A stretch of 64,000 bases of DNA from Octopus vulgaris. Taxonomy: Eukaryota. The stretch covers positions 20,026,001 to 20,090,000 of the forward strand of contig OX597822.1 in assembly GCA_951406725.2 (NCBI GenBank). The letters are read 5' to 3'. This document shows, in pieces, positions 1-13,589 of the stretch. Position 1 is the first letter of the stretch, and each line of letters begins with the position of its first letter. The translations under genes were made by a program, and so were the position numbers. Below the pieces are notes generated by a model. That model did no database searches. It saw only the letters and a program-made list of their open reading frames with translations, and was not told the origin of the DNA.

Positions 1-584
1 GCGTATATATATATATGCATATTATATATGTATGCCTATCCATATATACAGAGAGAGATAAATATTGATGTATATACATATATTTATACACACGCTCTAT
101 GCTATATGTGTGCCAATGTGTTTGATAAAAATATACGGAAATACGGGCATAGAGAAGCGAATGAGCATACATTTATTTGCATATCTAGTGGTTATATATG
201 CACTCATATCAAAACGCATGGATACATATTTACATAAATCTACATATATTTATGTATTTCAATTTACATTACCTTAAACACAGTTACACACATACGTCAT
301 CGCGGAATGCGCATATGCAGATTATAGTTGAAGATACATAAGTTCTCTGAGTGTTTTGAGGGTTTTGTTTTTATTAAGGTGATACCCTCACTGAAATGAT
401 CCTGTTTTTTTTTGTATATTAAGGAGACATTCTCACTGAAATGATCCTGCAATGCTGCCGAGAGAGAACAGCTTAGTCCTTGGCTCACTCTTCTGATCCG
501 CAACCACTTTCAAGCAACTCGGTAGTCAACTTGACAGCCTTACATCATTGATTAACAAGGTTTAATAATACTTACATTATGTAG

Positions 585-960
585 ATTACAAGTACAGATT
601 TATACCTGTAATTATTGGGGTACTTGGATGTGTAACGCACTGCCTAAGTTCCAATCTTGAAAAATTAGGCTTCTCAAAAAAGAGAGGAGAAAGCTGATTC
701 GTTCGAAGATTAGACATCTAAGCCATCACTGGAACTGTAAATATCTTTAAAAATTTTACAGAAGTCTATCATGTAAAACAAAATATACAAATCTGCTCAT
801 GCACGGATTCCAAATACTGCACATATACACAGACACATGCAAAAGTTCGCTGTTGATGTTGTTGAAATTCCAATGAAGGAGCCTGGGATCTAGCTTCAAG
901 AACCAGCTCTTTCACTATTTGCAAGAAATCTTGAAATAAAACTGAATAATGACATACATA
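585..960 (+). mobile_element. 3' end of an R4/Dong-like (restriction-like endonuclease) non-LTR retrotransposon, degraded, with 3' UTR
   Basis: Reads DYKYRFIPVIIGVLGCVTHCLSSNLEKLGFSKKERRKLIR...AITGTV, resembling the REL-domain C-terminus. A homologous piece lies on the minus strand at ~37600-37960. It ends in ACAT repeats. Confidence 0.65.
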
Positions 961-964
961 CGTA

Positions 965-1135
965 CATATATCTCTCTATATATAAAACTGAGAATGTGTG
1001 TCTGTCTGTCTGTCTGTCTGTTTCCCTAAAACTTGAGAACTGCACAACCAATTTCATTCAAATTTTACACATGCCTAGTTTCATGGGCAAAAAAAAATGT
1101 TCAACTTCTTGCCTAGAGCGAGCCCATAGCAATAT
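965..1135 (+). mobile_element. Non-autonomous Helitron/HINE-like 5' end
   Basis: TCTCTATATATAAAACTG followed by (TCTG)n and an AACCAATTTCATTCAAATTTT motif, a layout typical of animal Helitron-derived elements. Confidence 0.5.
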
Positions 1136-1852
1136 CATATCTTCTCCACTATTTCAGTATTACATGTTAAAAGTAAAACAAAAACATTTCTCTATTTTAT
1201 ATCAGATGCTTTCACTTTAACAATAAAAATAATAATAACAATTGAATTATATGTAGTAAGTAATAATTAAAATCAAACTAAAGTATAATATAATAGTAAC
1301 ATAACAAAAGTAAAAATAGCAATTGGTATAAAATTGCATCAATAACTTGAACTTGAATAAGTGGTTTCACATGAATGGGAATAAATTAAAAATAAAATTA
1401 GCGTGCAGAAATGGAATAGACCAGATGGAGGTGTGCAATACCCTTTACCACGACTTTTACATTAGATTATCTGCTAATTAGCTAACATTAAGTATCTATA
1501 TGAAGTTTGGCTGTATGTAATATCTGTTTTCTCGAAGAGCCGCTCCTGTTTGTTTTATTTCTTATACATAAAGGACTTCAACTGCTTACTGCTTTCTGAC
1601 TCATCGTAAGGTTTGTTGTTATTATAACTGTTTAACTATTGTTATCACGTTTGTTGGTTCCTCGTAAAGGAAACATTGTTGTGTTGCATTTGTTAAATAA
1701 TTGTAAACTGTAACCCTCCCCCTTTGGGAGAAGGAGCTTTGGTTATTGTTTAAAAATTGAATTGTGTCCCTGTTTGGGGAAATTGACAATATTTTCACCG
1801 TTTACACGGAAGCATTTTCGTTAGAATGCCTTCAATAGAAGAAAGTCCAAAA

Positions 1853-2370
1853 ATGAATTTCGCTGCAGCCGTCGGCGGGCGCGAACTCATTGAAATTAAA
1901 ATGGAAGAAATACGGATTGATCATCGACAAAGACGGTGAATCTAGGATAACACCAATAAACGAAATAAAAAATTAAAGAAAAAAAAAGACTATTGTCTAT
2001 AAAGCATACAATATAGAGAAAAAAAAAAGATTTGAACGCCTGGAGGAATGTACTATCGAAAAGTGTCTTGGTGCGACTATGAAAGATATCTAACCAGAGG
2101 CGGTAAATTCGCCACAATAGAAGCAAGGTTCGTGTCAACGGAGCGTGCAAGGGAGTACTCGACTCGAACCTTGCAAAGTGGAAATATTTTATTTTTACCT
2201 TTATATCTGGGACGTAGGACGTCCCGGATAAAAATTAAAAATGCTCCTCCCCCCAGAAGTAGAGGTAGGCTGGATTGTAGCCACACTTCTATACAAGAGG
2301 GAGGACAAGATACAATTGATCGAAATTACAAGAGACGGGCTAACAATTCTAGTCTGTTATATATTTTGAG
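1853..2370 (+). pseudogene. Degraded Tx1/L1-clade ORF1 fragment
   Basis: MNFAAAVGG...RGGKFATIEARF...STRTLQSGNILFLPLYLGRRTSRIKI aligns by eye with the ORF1s at 20081-21391 (RGRKYATVVVHF...LLPGYCGKRAVRIRI) and 25830-26725 (FSDAVGG...STQTLKNENIILLPLYLG). It is frameshifted. Confidence 0.75.
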
Positions 2371-2473
2371 TATTGTTATCACTAGCGATATCAAGGTATA
2401 ACTTTGTATTTTGTATTTTACGTGTAGATGTATATATATAGATGTACATGTAATATGTACACATATATACATG

Positions 2474-2514
2474 CACTAGCACTATGGCCCGGCAACGACG
2501 GGTCTTCAATGCTA

Positions 2515-2515
<1 letters not shown>
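2474..2515 (+). mobile_element. Helitron-type 3' terminus
   Basis: A CCCG-GCAACGA-CGGG hairpin lies about 10 bp before CTAG|T. Confidence 0.55.
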
Positions 2516-2562
<47 letters not shown>

Positions 2563-2854
2563 ACATATGTATATATATGCCCGTGTGTGCTTCTTGCTGC
2601 ATACAAATATGTACACAGTCTCATCTAAGCATATACGTGTACACATAGATATCCAGGATAGCACCAATAACACTCGCGTGCACACACACACACACACACA
2701 CACACATGCATACACACATACACACACACACACGCATACACACACAATCACCAAAGGAAATCGACATCCTCATCGGACCGTGCTTCAAATTTTTTGATAT
2801 ATTATGAGATTTCATTTCAGATTACAGTATATTAATTGTTTATTGCAATTAGCC

Positions 2855-3225
2855 ATGTTACGAAAACCAGAAGCAAAAGAGCTATCTGATTTTCACAGAG
2901 GGCGTATTGAGGGTGGGGGAACAAATTTGAGGGTGAACCTTAACCAGTGTAAGATAGCACAAAACTTTGGAATTCGTCTTGTCACAGTCAAATGCACACA
3001 CTGTGCATTTCACAAGCAAAGAAAAGGAATTAACAACACTCCGTTTAGTTCGACTTGTGTCCTCTGACAGGAGTCTCGCTTGTCAAACGGATTGTTGAAA
3101 GTAATTCCCGTTGTTGGGAAGATTATGTAGCAGAAAAGCTTCAAATGTGTTGAAATGAGTCTGTGAGGTATCTCCATCAACATAGCTACTAGGCAGAAGA
3201 GCTAGAAAGAAACTTCTTTAGTTCC
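2855..3225 (+). pseudogene. Tc1/mariner transposase N-terminal remnant
   Basis: KELSDFHRGRIEG...KIAQNFGI matches the Tc1-type paired HTH start; a later GRRARKK-like motif follows. It contains stops and frameshifts. Confidence 0.6.
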
Positions 3226-3321
3226 TAAAGGAGAAAGGAGAAATAAATCCTTCAAAAATGTCTCTCGTTTTACTTCTGAGATGTCACTGTATCTATGTAT
3301 ATGTATATGTATATATATATA

Positions 3322-3687
3322 GTCACAATGAGGATATTTGAACCTCTTAGAGGGATATTTTTATCCAAGATACACTGATTTAATATATTTATTTTGAAGA
3401 GATATTTCTTCAATGAATATATTAAATAAAATATCGTAAAATATCAACATTGTTATCGAGTTAGAAAACGGAGATCTAATGGATACAAACTAATTTATTA
3501 ATTAATCAATATATTTACCCAGAATTGCTTAATTTCACAAAGTTAAAATTACAAAACACATATAAATACATAATTTTGCATTTTAAATAATTTGTATGGA
3601 AAATCATCAGGGTATATAAAGGACAATAAGGATTACATTAGAATACGTTTGGAATACTCAGAATATATAGGCATGGTATTTAAAATG

Positions 3688-3734
<47 letters not shown>

Positions 3735-3845
3735 TTGTAATTTTGATTTTGTTTATGAAATGAAACAATTGCAGGTGAATATATTAACTAATTAATAAAT
3801 TAAGTTGTATCCATTAGATCTCTTTGTTTTCTAACTCGATAATAC
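3322..3845. repeat. Small fold-back element in (TA)n
   Basis: ~3452-3520 is the reverse complement of ~3775-3843 (TTATCGAGTTAGAAAAC..AGATCTAATGGATACAA). The element is flanked by TA repeats. Confidence 0.6.
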
Positions 3846-3860
3846 ATACATTCACATATG

Positions 3861-3933
<73 letters not shown>

Positions 3934-3994
3934 TATGCGCCCTTTTCAAGCCTAGCCAGGCTCATGGGCCCGGTTTCCCGGTTTCAGCTGGACG

Positions 3995-4335
3995 GGTCGA
4001 TTTACAATGTATAAACTCATTTATCAATGTACCAATGGAAACTCTAGTGTCATTTGCATAATGAACTCCTGGATCATAATTAAAAGCTGCTTCATAGAAG
4101 TTGCTTCTCTGAGCTGTTGCAACTGCTCTTCGTTCTGCAGTAGAGACCCTATTCCTTGTCAGCCGTGCATACGTCTGTTCATCACTTTGAGATGCTCTGG
4201 CTTTTGTAGTGCACATTCTGTTCGTTTCTTGGTATGCTTCCCTATCTGCAGCTGTCTCTCCTTCCCTGGACAGAGACATTCTTTTGGCTGACCTTGACAT
4301 TGTTGACAAATTCAACAGTTTCCTTCTAGGCAAGG
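3995..4335 (-). pseudogene. Helitron Rep/Hel N-terminal fragment
   Basis: An Arg/Glu/Ala-rich helix is followed by AAFNYDPGVHYANDTRVSIG...IHCKS, resembling the conserved AF.YDP..DY...IG.M...C..C start of animal Helitron proteins. Confidence 0.6.
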
Positions 4336-4377
<42 letters not shown>

Positions 4378-4582
4378 GTACATGGGTGCAGAAGATAGTA
4401 AACAATGAAAATAACTGGGTAACGGAAATTATATTTCTTAATACGACGTGCAGAAAGTAAATAAGAAATTTTTACGGAAAATAAAGAATTGTACGAGTTG
4501 AAGCAAAATTTGTCAGTGAACTAAAGAGCCAGGACTGAAGGAGCCAGAAAAAAGCTGTTGACAACAGAAAAGCACAAAACCG

Positions 4583-4633
<51 letters not shown>

Positions 4634-5519
4634 ATACATACATATACACATACATGTTGTGTGTGAATGCGTGCGCGCTTACTGGAGATTCAATTTCTCT
4701 GGAAGTACAAGATTCGATGTGTGTATAAACGGATTGATTACTTTGTTTCTCTGCTGTTGGTATCTGATGTGACCCCCAACGAGAGCAGGGAATCGATTAA
4801 GGCTCTTCATAACTTTTTACAATCTATGGAGAAATATGTAAATTTGACAAGCTTGTTTGCCTACTACGTAGGTTTACATCCATGTACATGCGTATATACT
4901 TGTACACACGCACGCACGCGTGCACATACGCACACACACATACATATACATTCACGTACACTCAGCACCCACAGTCTCCTATACATCTGTGTATGAGCAT
5001 ACATATACACACATATACATACGTACATAATATATACATACACACAGACACATATATATATACATATATACACACACGCACACACATATATATATATACA
5101 AACACAAACATATAAATATATATATGTGTGAATAAATATATGTATATATACATAATATAGTGTAACAGTAATGGTATGAAATGAACACTGTGTTTAATTT
5201 GTGAAGATGGACATATTTACCTAAGACTTGTTATTTCATTGATCAGTGTTTAATCACAATATTGTTTCTTCTTTATTAAATAAGCGAAATAATAGAGCTG
5301 GAACATATGATGCTACAATAAATCATGATATTATTACAGCACCAACATCTTGTACAGCTTGTTTTGTGTTTACTTCACACCTTGGCTCAATATTAGTTTC
5401 AAAATCACTGGATACATGGTAAATAATGATATTTCGATGAAACATATACGCACACACGTATCTCTATGTGTATATGTGTAGAGGTATTTACATACTACAC
5501 ATATATACCCACACATACC

Positions 5520-5561
<42 letters not shown>

Positions 5562-5841
5562 TGTGTACAGGAATGCATGTGTGAGCGTGTCTGTATACAC
5601 GCGCGCCCGCACAGAGGATGATTATATTTATATATGCATACATGCTATATACATACCCATGCATAGTGCTTATTGAAAGTAAAATCATAGTTCACAGCAT
5701 ATATTGGTCTCGCTTCTCGCATTCCTTAGATAGAGTTCACCCTTCGTGCGGGTGCGCGTGTATACAGACACACTCATCTATGCATTCAGATATATATATA
5801 TATATGTATACATGTATACATACGCACATATATATGTATAA

Positions 5842-5910
<69 letters not shown>

Positions 5911-5913
<3 letters not shown>

Positions 5914-6302
5914 TTTACTTGTTTCAGTCATTTGAATACGGCCATGCTGGAGCACCGCCTTTAGTCGAGCAAATCGACCCCATGACTTATTCTTTGTAAG
6001 CCTAGTACTTATTCTATTGGTCTTTTTTACTGAACCACTAATTTACGGGGACGTAAACACAGCATCGGTTGTCAAGTGATGTTGGGGGACAAACACAGAC
6101 ACACAAACTTATACACACACATACACATACGTATACATATATACAATGGTGTTCTTTCAGTGTCCGTCTACCAAATCCACTCACAAGGCTTTGGTCGGTC
6201 AAGGTTATAGAAGAAGACACTCGCCAAAGGTGCCACGCAGTGGACTGGACCCGGAATCATGTGGTTGGTAAGCAAGCTACTTAATACACAGCCACTCCTG
6301 CG

Positions 6303-6305
<3 letters not shown>
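5911..6305 (-). mobile_element. tRNA-derived SINE, family A, full length
   Basis: The minus-strand head AGGCGCAGGAGTGGCTGTG...GATTCCGGGTCCAGTCC has A/B-box-like motifs, an internal CA/TA microsatellite and an AAAAG-type tail. Many copies occur in the window. Confidence 0.85.
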
Positions 6306-6377
<72 letters not shown>

Positions 6378-6859
6378 AGTGGGAAACGTTTGTGTTTGCA
6401 AACTGGGAATGTGGTGCTGATAGTCGTGGATCTCCGTCATTCAGCGATGTGGTTTCAGCTATTCCATCAACTGAGTTTCTGCTCCTGAATTGGTGTGTAA
6501 GTCACCAAGCACTCCAAAGACAGTTATGCTTTTGATGTAATTCTCAGACAGATTGAGCATGATACAATATGTGACAAGGCTGTACCTTTTGAATTACATG
6601 CACAATCTACCTGATGGGCGTCTATGCAATTTCTTTCAACTCGATTTCGTCCTGAAGGCAACCTGAGGTTATAGAAAATAACATTTACCCAAAGTAGTAC
6701 ACAATGGGATCGAAACCGGAACTTCGTAGTTCCGATGCGAACTTTTTAAGCATTTGTCTATACTGCACCTACAAACAAAATACTCATGTGATGTAGCAAA
6801 TATTGCAAATATTTGTAAATATCTCGGTATAGAATTGGTTAATATTGCTTACAAATAAT

Positions 6860-7065
6860 GGCACAAATTCAGCAAATTTAGGGTAGGAAGTATGTCGATT
6901 ACATCGACCCCGGTGTTCCACTGGTGCTTATTTTATCGACGCCGAAAGGATGAAAGGAGGCAAAGTTGACCTTGACGGAATTTGAACTTAGAACGTGAAG
7001 ACGAACAAAATGCCACTAAGCATTTTGCCCAGCGTGCTAACGATTCTACCAGCTTGCCTCCTTAG
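6860..7065 (-). mobile_element. tRNA-derived SINE, family B (Nin/Deu-like central domain)
   Basis: Contains the CCTTTCATCCTTTCG..GTCGATAAAATAAG core shared with 7685-7888, 15860-16025 and 44785-45160. Confidence 0.8.
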
Positions 7066-7684
7066 GATTGGTTAAAATTGTATCAAGACTTGATTGATCT
7101 CCAACTAAATAAAAAGTCAATTACACATATTTTCAGTTATTAATTAGCACATATTTTCATAATGTCATTACCATGTTCAAAAAATCACGTGGAAATATAG
7201 GAGAAATCTCTTCTGTTGATGAAGACTTAATGTTGATGAGTATATGAACATTTCAAAAATATGAAACCCTCTTTCAAGATAAGGCAAATCTTTTGTGCAC
7301 CAAACGAAATTTGCTTGCCAGCTTGTAGTAGGAACTTCTTGAATAAAGTGGAATGAAAATATCTGCATAAAGTCATTCATTCCGATCTTTTGTGAGAAAT
7401 TGTAATGGCTAACATATAATGTTATATTTCTCTTAAACATCATAATTTAAAATGAATCTGGCATTCAAGTCTCATCATCAGCTGCTGTTTTGGAATTCAA
7501 TATGGTTTCGACACCTTGTACTACTATTTAATCCGACGCTGTCCGAAGAAATAAACTACACACACATGCACCTGCGATAGAACGAAGTTCGTAAAAAGTA
7601 GCACATGTATCTTCCCTAACCAACGAAGCCAAAAAAGTGTTAGTCTGCCTGGAACTACAAAAACTCATAATAATTATTTCAAAT

Positions 7685-7888
7685 TCTTGCCACAAGGGCA
7701 GCTTGGGGGAGGTGGGGATGAGTCGATTACATCGACCACAGTGTTCAATTGGTACTTATTTTATCGACCCCGAAAGGATGAAAGGCACAGTCGACCTCGG
7801 CGGAAATTGAACTCAGAACGTAGCAACGGGCGAAATACCGCTAAGCATTTCATCCAGCTTACCAACGATTCTGCCAACTTGCCGCCTT
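7685..7888 (-). mobile_element. SINE family B
   Basis: AAGGCGGCAAGTTGGCAGAATCGTT head plus the GCCTTTCATCCTTTCGGGGTCGATAAAATAAGTACC core. Confidence 0.85.
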
Positions 7889-7904
7889 CCAAGGAAAAAA
7901 AAAC

Positions 7905-7944
7905 AACCTGTGGATTTGGTAGACGGAAACTGAAAGAAGCTCGT

Positions 7945-7981
<37 letters not shown>

Positions 7982-8185
7982 ATATGTTTGTCCCCCCACC
8001 CCAGCATCGCTTGACAACCGATGCTGGTGTGTTTACATCCCCGTAACTTAGCGGTTCGGCAAAAGAAACCGATAGAATAAGTACTAGGCTTACAAAGAAT
8101 GAGTCCTGGGGTCGATGACTAAAGACAGTGCTCCATCATGCCCACAGTCAAATGACTGAAACAAATAAAAGACTAAAAGAATAAA
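7905..8185 (+). mobile_element. SINE family A, 5'-truncated
   Basis: Homologous to the reverse complement of 5911-6180. Confidence 0.8.
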
Positions 8186-9703
8186 AACCTCATAATAATA
8201 AAATTATAGAAACGAAACAAAATTAGAGTAGTATTTAATAAACATATAATAAAGGTAATAAAGAAACTATTGCTCATAAAACCTATGTCTTAATAACTAC
8301 AAAAACCGATTTAAATACAAGGAAAAGAACATTATATAAGTGTTAATTAAACCACATACTAATTGAAATACAATCAAGTTGAAAATCACAAACCCAAACC
8401 ATAACATTCAGCTAACACACGTGTTGCATTTAGTGGTTAACATGTATAACCTACCTAAAACGTAAATCACGCTAAGATAAAAGTAATAAAAAGGTTAGGC
8501 ATCAAGCTAATACTTAATAAATGAAAATAAATAACAGGAATAAACGGACAAGAACTATTGCACATTGAATCTATGTCTTAACGTCTGCTAAAACAAAAAT
8601 AAATGAAATATAACGTAAAGGACCCTAGTCTTAATTAAAAAAATAAATAATATAAAATTACAGTGCTAAAAATCACATACTTTCATCAGACTTGTTGGAT
8701 GTAACAGTAGAAATATCTCAGCCATGGACAGTTTCCTTCAAGAGCCAAGTTAAAAAAAGACACGTCCACCAGAAGCATAGGAAGTGACGAACAGAAGAGG
8801 AGACGAAAAACCCACCGACAGAGTTCTGTTACCAGAATAGCAAGACGATAAACACTTATTAATGGCTAAAATGTCTAAATACTACTATAGAAATTTAATA
8901 TTAAATTATAGGATTTAAAATAATATAAAATTTTAAATAAATCATTAAATTTACCAAGGCAACAAGAATAATTTTAATTAATAACTTGTAGTGAAAACCT
9001 TGTCTAACCATAAGCTTCATTAATTGTTTCACTCACTAAATAAATCAACAGCATTTATTATATTGCTGTATCTAATAACCGGACTGGAAAACACTTTATA
9101 TTCTACTCTAATTGAAATACAGCTATGTGTGAATGGAGTGCTGCTACCCGAAAATTAAAATTTTGAGTTTTATTATAAATTTTAGCAGCGATATTATTAT
9201 TATTTCTACACATCGCTATAACGTCTAAGTAATTAACGACAGCAACACCGGTGCTGCTTATCTCTTCGATACATTTTATGCATTAACGGCAAAAAAAACT
9301 TTCACCAAGAACCTGTAACTGTGAGCAGAATTATTGTCAATTTGTCTCCAGCAACTTTCAAGTTCTTTAACAATTCCCAGTTTTTTTTCTTCTGTGGGCA
9401 TAAATTAAGAATATCGAATCGATAAATACACTTACGCTAATAAGGGGCTATAATTATCGCCCATAGGAATTCCTTCAACTTCTTACAAACCTTCTTTGCC
9501 ACAGTGATACTACTAATAGGGAACCTAATAATCTCTTTCAGTTCCATCATAATTCAACAAATATACCTGTAATATCTTTTCTTAGATAGAAAACCTTATA
9601 AGTTTTTAGCGAGTCGTACTTTCCTAAATACTATGCTTACTATTTTAAAAGTTACTCCCTCACACATGCAGATCTCACACATGCCTATCTACTTACCTGC
9701 TTG

Positions 9704-9734
<31 letters not shown>

Positions 9735-9769
9735 ACCTACCTACCTACCTACCTACCTACATATGCATA

Positions 9770-9844
<75 letters not shown>

Positions 9845-9954
9845 ATATCTATCTATCTATATATCTATCTATCTACAAACTTTAGGTTAGTTCAAGTATT
9901 CTTGTGATATATTTTAACTTCTAAAGAAAATTCACTACAATTACCTATCGGATT

Positions 9955-9994
9955 CCCAGACGACTGTTTCAGGCTATTTTGCCTTCTTCAAGGG
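9955..9994 (-). ncRNA. Hammerhead-ribozyme-like motif (minimal type I)
   Basis: Minus strand reads CCC-TTGAAGA-AGGC(AAAATA)GCCT-GAAAC-AGTC-GTC-TGGG. It is a C3U variant with an imperfect stem I. Confidence 0.5.
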
Positions 9995-10679
9995 TACATA
10001 CCAAAGGGACATAACCCCGGGCAAACTCAGAGCCGTGGCTTTAACTACAAAATAGTAAACACCAGTGACTTAGTTGCGCTATTCGATCGCCTGGTTGGGA
10101 TAAATATAACAGCCCCAGCACCAAGCAAGTATTACGAATAAACGAACTTTAGCTTAGTTAAAATGTTTGTGTCATATCAATTCAAATGTATGTGAGGCAT
10201 ATTTGATCTGCTAATTTGCCGAGGAGAAACCTTCTTTGCGTTAGGCGGTAGGTGTTGAAAAACATCAGTCATTTCAAGCTCTCGGTAGAACAGTGAATGC
10301 ATTTCTCGCTCCTTGGCTATCATCAGCACCGTGTACTGCAAGATAGATGATCCTGAAATAACTTCGGAAACATCCATTTCCTCGTAGTAAATCAGCATTA
10401 AAACATTAACTGATCACACACGATGCCAGCCTCGGCAAAGACGAAATATTGTAGTGGGCCCGGGAAAACATTGTTGTAAATAAAATCAGTTGAAATATGC
10501 GTGGGATACATTACCGAAATAATTGCTTCAATGGAAAAGTCCTTTAAAATTCTGAAATTATCATTTACTGTCACAGAATCTGGCTCAGGTTCACAATTTT
10601 CACGTAACTTCGAATTCACAATTTTGGCTAATGTCCTAATGCACTCTTTGGCCAAATCAGGCATGCATGCGTTTACACT

Positions 10680-10930
10680 ATTTTTAGTACTACCTTACTG
10701 CACTCACCCAGGAGATGGCTAATACTTTCGTCGTCTTCTCTACGGATTTTTCGTTTACTCCATAACTGAATTTTATCAATCTTTGCCTTTATCAAATTCA
10801 CACTAATGGCTTGTTCCTGTGCAGTTATAATCAGTGATTCAGTTTCTACTTTCACGTTTCTATCTGTCAGCCACAACCAATATTTTCTTTTTCCAACATC
10901 CTAGGTTTGTTGCACGAATTTTTTATCGAT
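10680..10930 (-). pseudogene. R4/Dong-like LINE ORF fragment (post-RT region)
   Basis: WLWL...ETESLIITAQEQAI...ESISHLLGECSK matches the ETE.LI.AAQ.QAL...ET..H..S.C motif. Confidence 0.7.
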
Positions 10931-13589
10931 TACTGGAAAATGAAAATTACGTACTTTTTCACTGGATCTGAAAATTTCGGACAGGAAATAGTTTTGTTAT
11001 GATATTAACAGTTTCAAGCAATATCGATTTTTCTACGACTTTGAAGGTTGATTTTATTTGAAGTTGTTTAAGGTAGAATTGGATCTGTTTGGAACTGAGC
11101 CTAGAATTCCAACTATTTCGGTAGCACATTTCTTCATATTCTCGACCACTCTAAGCTTTATTTTGACTGCATATCAATGTTTTTTGTGCTTTTAATTCTT
11201 CTTAGGAAATGTTTACTTGTGTATTGTAATGTGGAGTAGAAAATACATATTTAATTTCTATAACAGTGGCTCCCCCCCACATATATATTTATACACATAC
11301 TTTCACACATATATAGACCTATACTTAACTTTATCTATTGATATCAATTGTCATGAACGCACAAATCTCTTATTTTCACTTTGTAATCCGTCACTTCAGT
11401 GCAGGTCGTTCTCTATATTACTAGTTTGCTTATAAATAATGTCTGCTCTTACGTAAAGTAAATCTGCCCCAACACAAGCCAAAGACAGCCCTCCCTTCTT
11501 TTACGGCTGCTCTAACTTTATGAAACATTTGATATGTATATCATGCTACCTCTCTTTAAAGTCATCATTCGAGGAAGCTTCAATCTATTCATCTTGGTTC
11601 TTGTATTCCTTCCGCATTAATATCATAAGCTCTAACGTATATTATTATTGACTTACATATTAATACTTTAGCTCTCCTCCAAATCACTCATCTACCCAGC
11701 CACCACCTTCATCATTTGGTCTCTAATCAAGTGAAGCTATTTCACAGCAACTCCTGTTCGTCGTACAGATCTATAAGACAAGGTATATCAACTTATCAGA
11801 ACTCACTGACTCAAAAGTCAGCGCGGGACCGATATCACCATTCTATGCATATCCCTTCATATTCCAGACACACAACCACCCACTTGATTCTTTTACAGGT
11901 GACTGCAGTTATAAGCGAAGAGTATTGTTTGGAACTAATGGTTCCTTCCGTCTACTGGGAGGTTTAACACACTATGACACCTGCAAAATAACCATTAGCA
12001 ACGAAGTGATATCACTGTACATACAAAAGCTTGTAAAATACCTCACTTTTCAATGAAGTCTCAAGTAGTTTACATATATTTTAATCACAAGTTTTAATTG
12101 CTCTTTGTTCAAAAGGGTCAAGTCATATTCTCACCAGCAATGGCTTATTTTTTGCAAAATATTTGGCATTTTTATTTTCTAAAAATATTGTAATGGTTTG
12201 ATTTGTAAAATTACATACATTTCTTCAAGTCTTATATATTTCTATTTATAAAAAAAAAACAAACAAAAACAAACTCAAATCTAGTATTTTTCTTTTGTTA
12301 GAATAATGTTTAATACGAATGTTATTAATTTCTCGTGAAGCATTATTTTAGTGCAAAAATCGTATCTTGTTTAATTTCTTTTATTTCCATATAGATCGTA
12401 TCTCGATCTTTAAGATTTAACATTTCTTTCTTTCTTTCTTCCATTCTTTCTTAGATTTACATTATTTCTCTAAACTCCCGCCCTTTCACAAATGCGTTTC
12501 TATTCTCTGGAGTGCTGTTCCTTTCAAATTAATGTTTGTATTCTTGTATTATAGATCTCATGTATAAATACTATATCATTTCTATTTTGGTTAATGCATT
12601 TTAGTAAATATTTTCCTATTCCAGATTGATTCTCTATCTCCTTTTATTTGTTTCCCCTTTCATTGATTCCAATATTTTGGTTGCTATCTCACTTATTGAA
12701 GAAATTAGGTGATTTATATTAATATATTTATTTCATTTTATTGTTTAGCTATTACTTGTAGTACATTGTTAACTTGCTTCATTAATATTCTTAACTCTAT
12801 GTTGAATAACGTCTTACCCATTTTGTGGCTGATTTCAAATTGATGGAAATTTTATTTTCTGGGAATTTCTTGTTTTCTTGTTTTTAGTATTTCCCACAAT
12901 AATTTCAGTATTCCGTACCATAATTTCTATATGATTATATTCATTTATTTCTATAGGCCTACCAACGTGCAGTCTTTATATGCAAACAAACAGAAAATAT
13001 GTACAATCAAATAATGATATTAAATCATGTCTTCTAAATTTTATGTTTTATAAATTCTTCATAAAATATGAAAAGTTTTATCTTGAGGAGACAAGCTGCT
13101 AGTTTGTATTATTCCTTCATTGTTACATAATCCAACAACAATTTGGGTTTCGCAGTGCATGGTTGCTAAGATCATTCTATTCTTATTATTATATGGCTAT
13201 AGAGAAATAATTACTTTCAACGCTTTTTACATTTCTGTGACATTATAGCATTAGTCAATTTTAATTCATTTTCATAGTTTTATTGTTTGTTTTCAGTTTG
13301 AGACAGCGTCTCGAAATTAGTGTGTTTACACCTCTCACTTATATTGTTGTTGCTGCTGTTATTGTTGATATCTGTAGTTGATACATGTTTCCACACATCT
13401 CCGTCTCAGAAAATATTTGTTTTTTCGGAACTAATCTGTGAAATAATAAAATACATTTTTTGTTCTTATTTACCCGGAAAGGCTTCGGAACATTTGCTAG
13501 TGTACCACATTATATACTGGGCCAGAAAAGAAGCGGTAATAGACGAATTCGGCTTGCATCCTTTATCCTGCAGCTATAGCGCGGACTTC

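Noticed and set aside
12100-13200. Purine-skewed minus-strand tract suggestive of an old LINE ORF2
   Set aside because: No diagnostic motif could be read with confidence.
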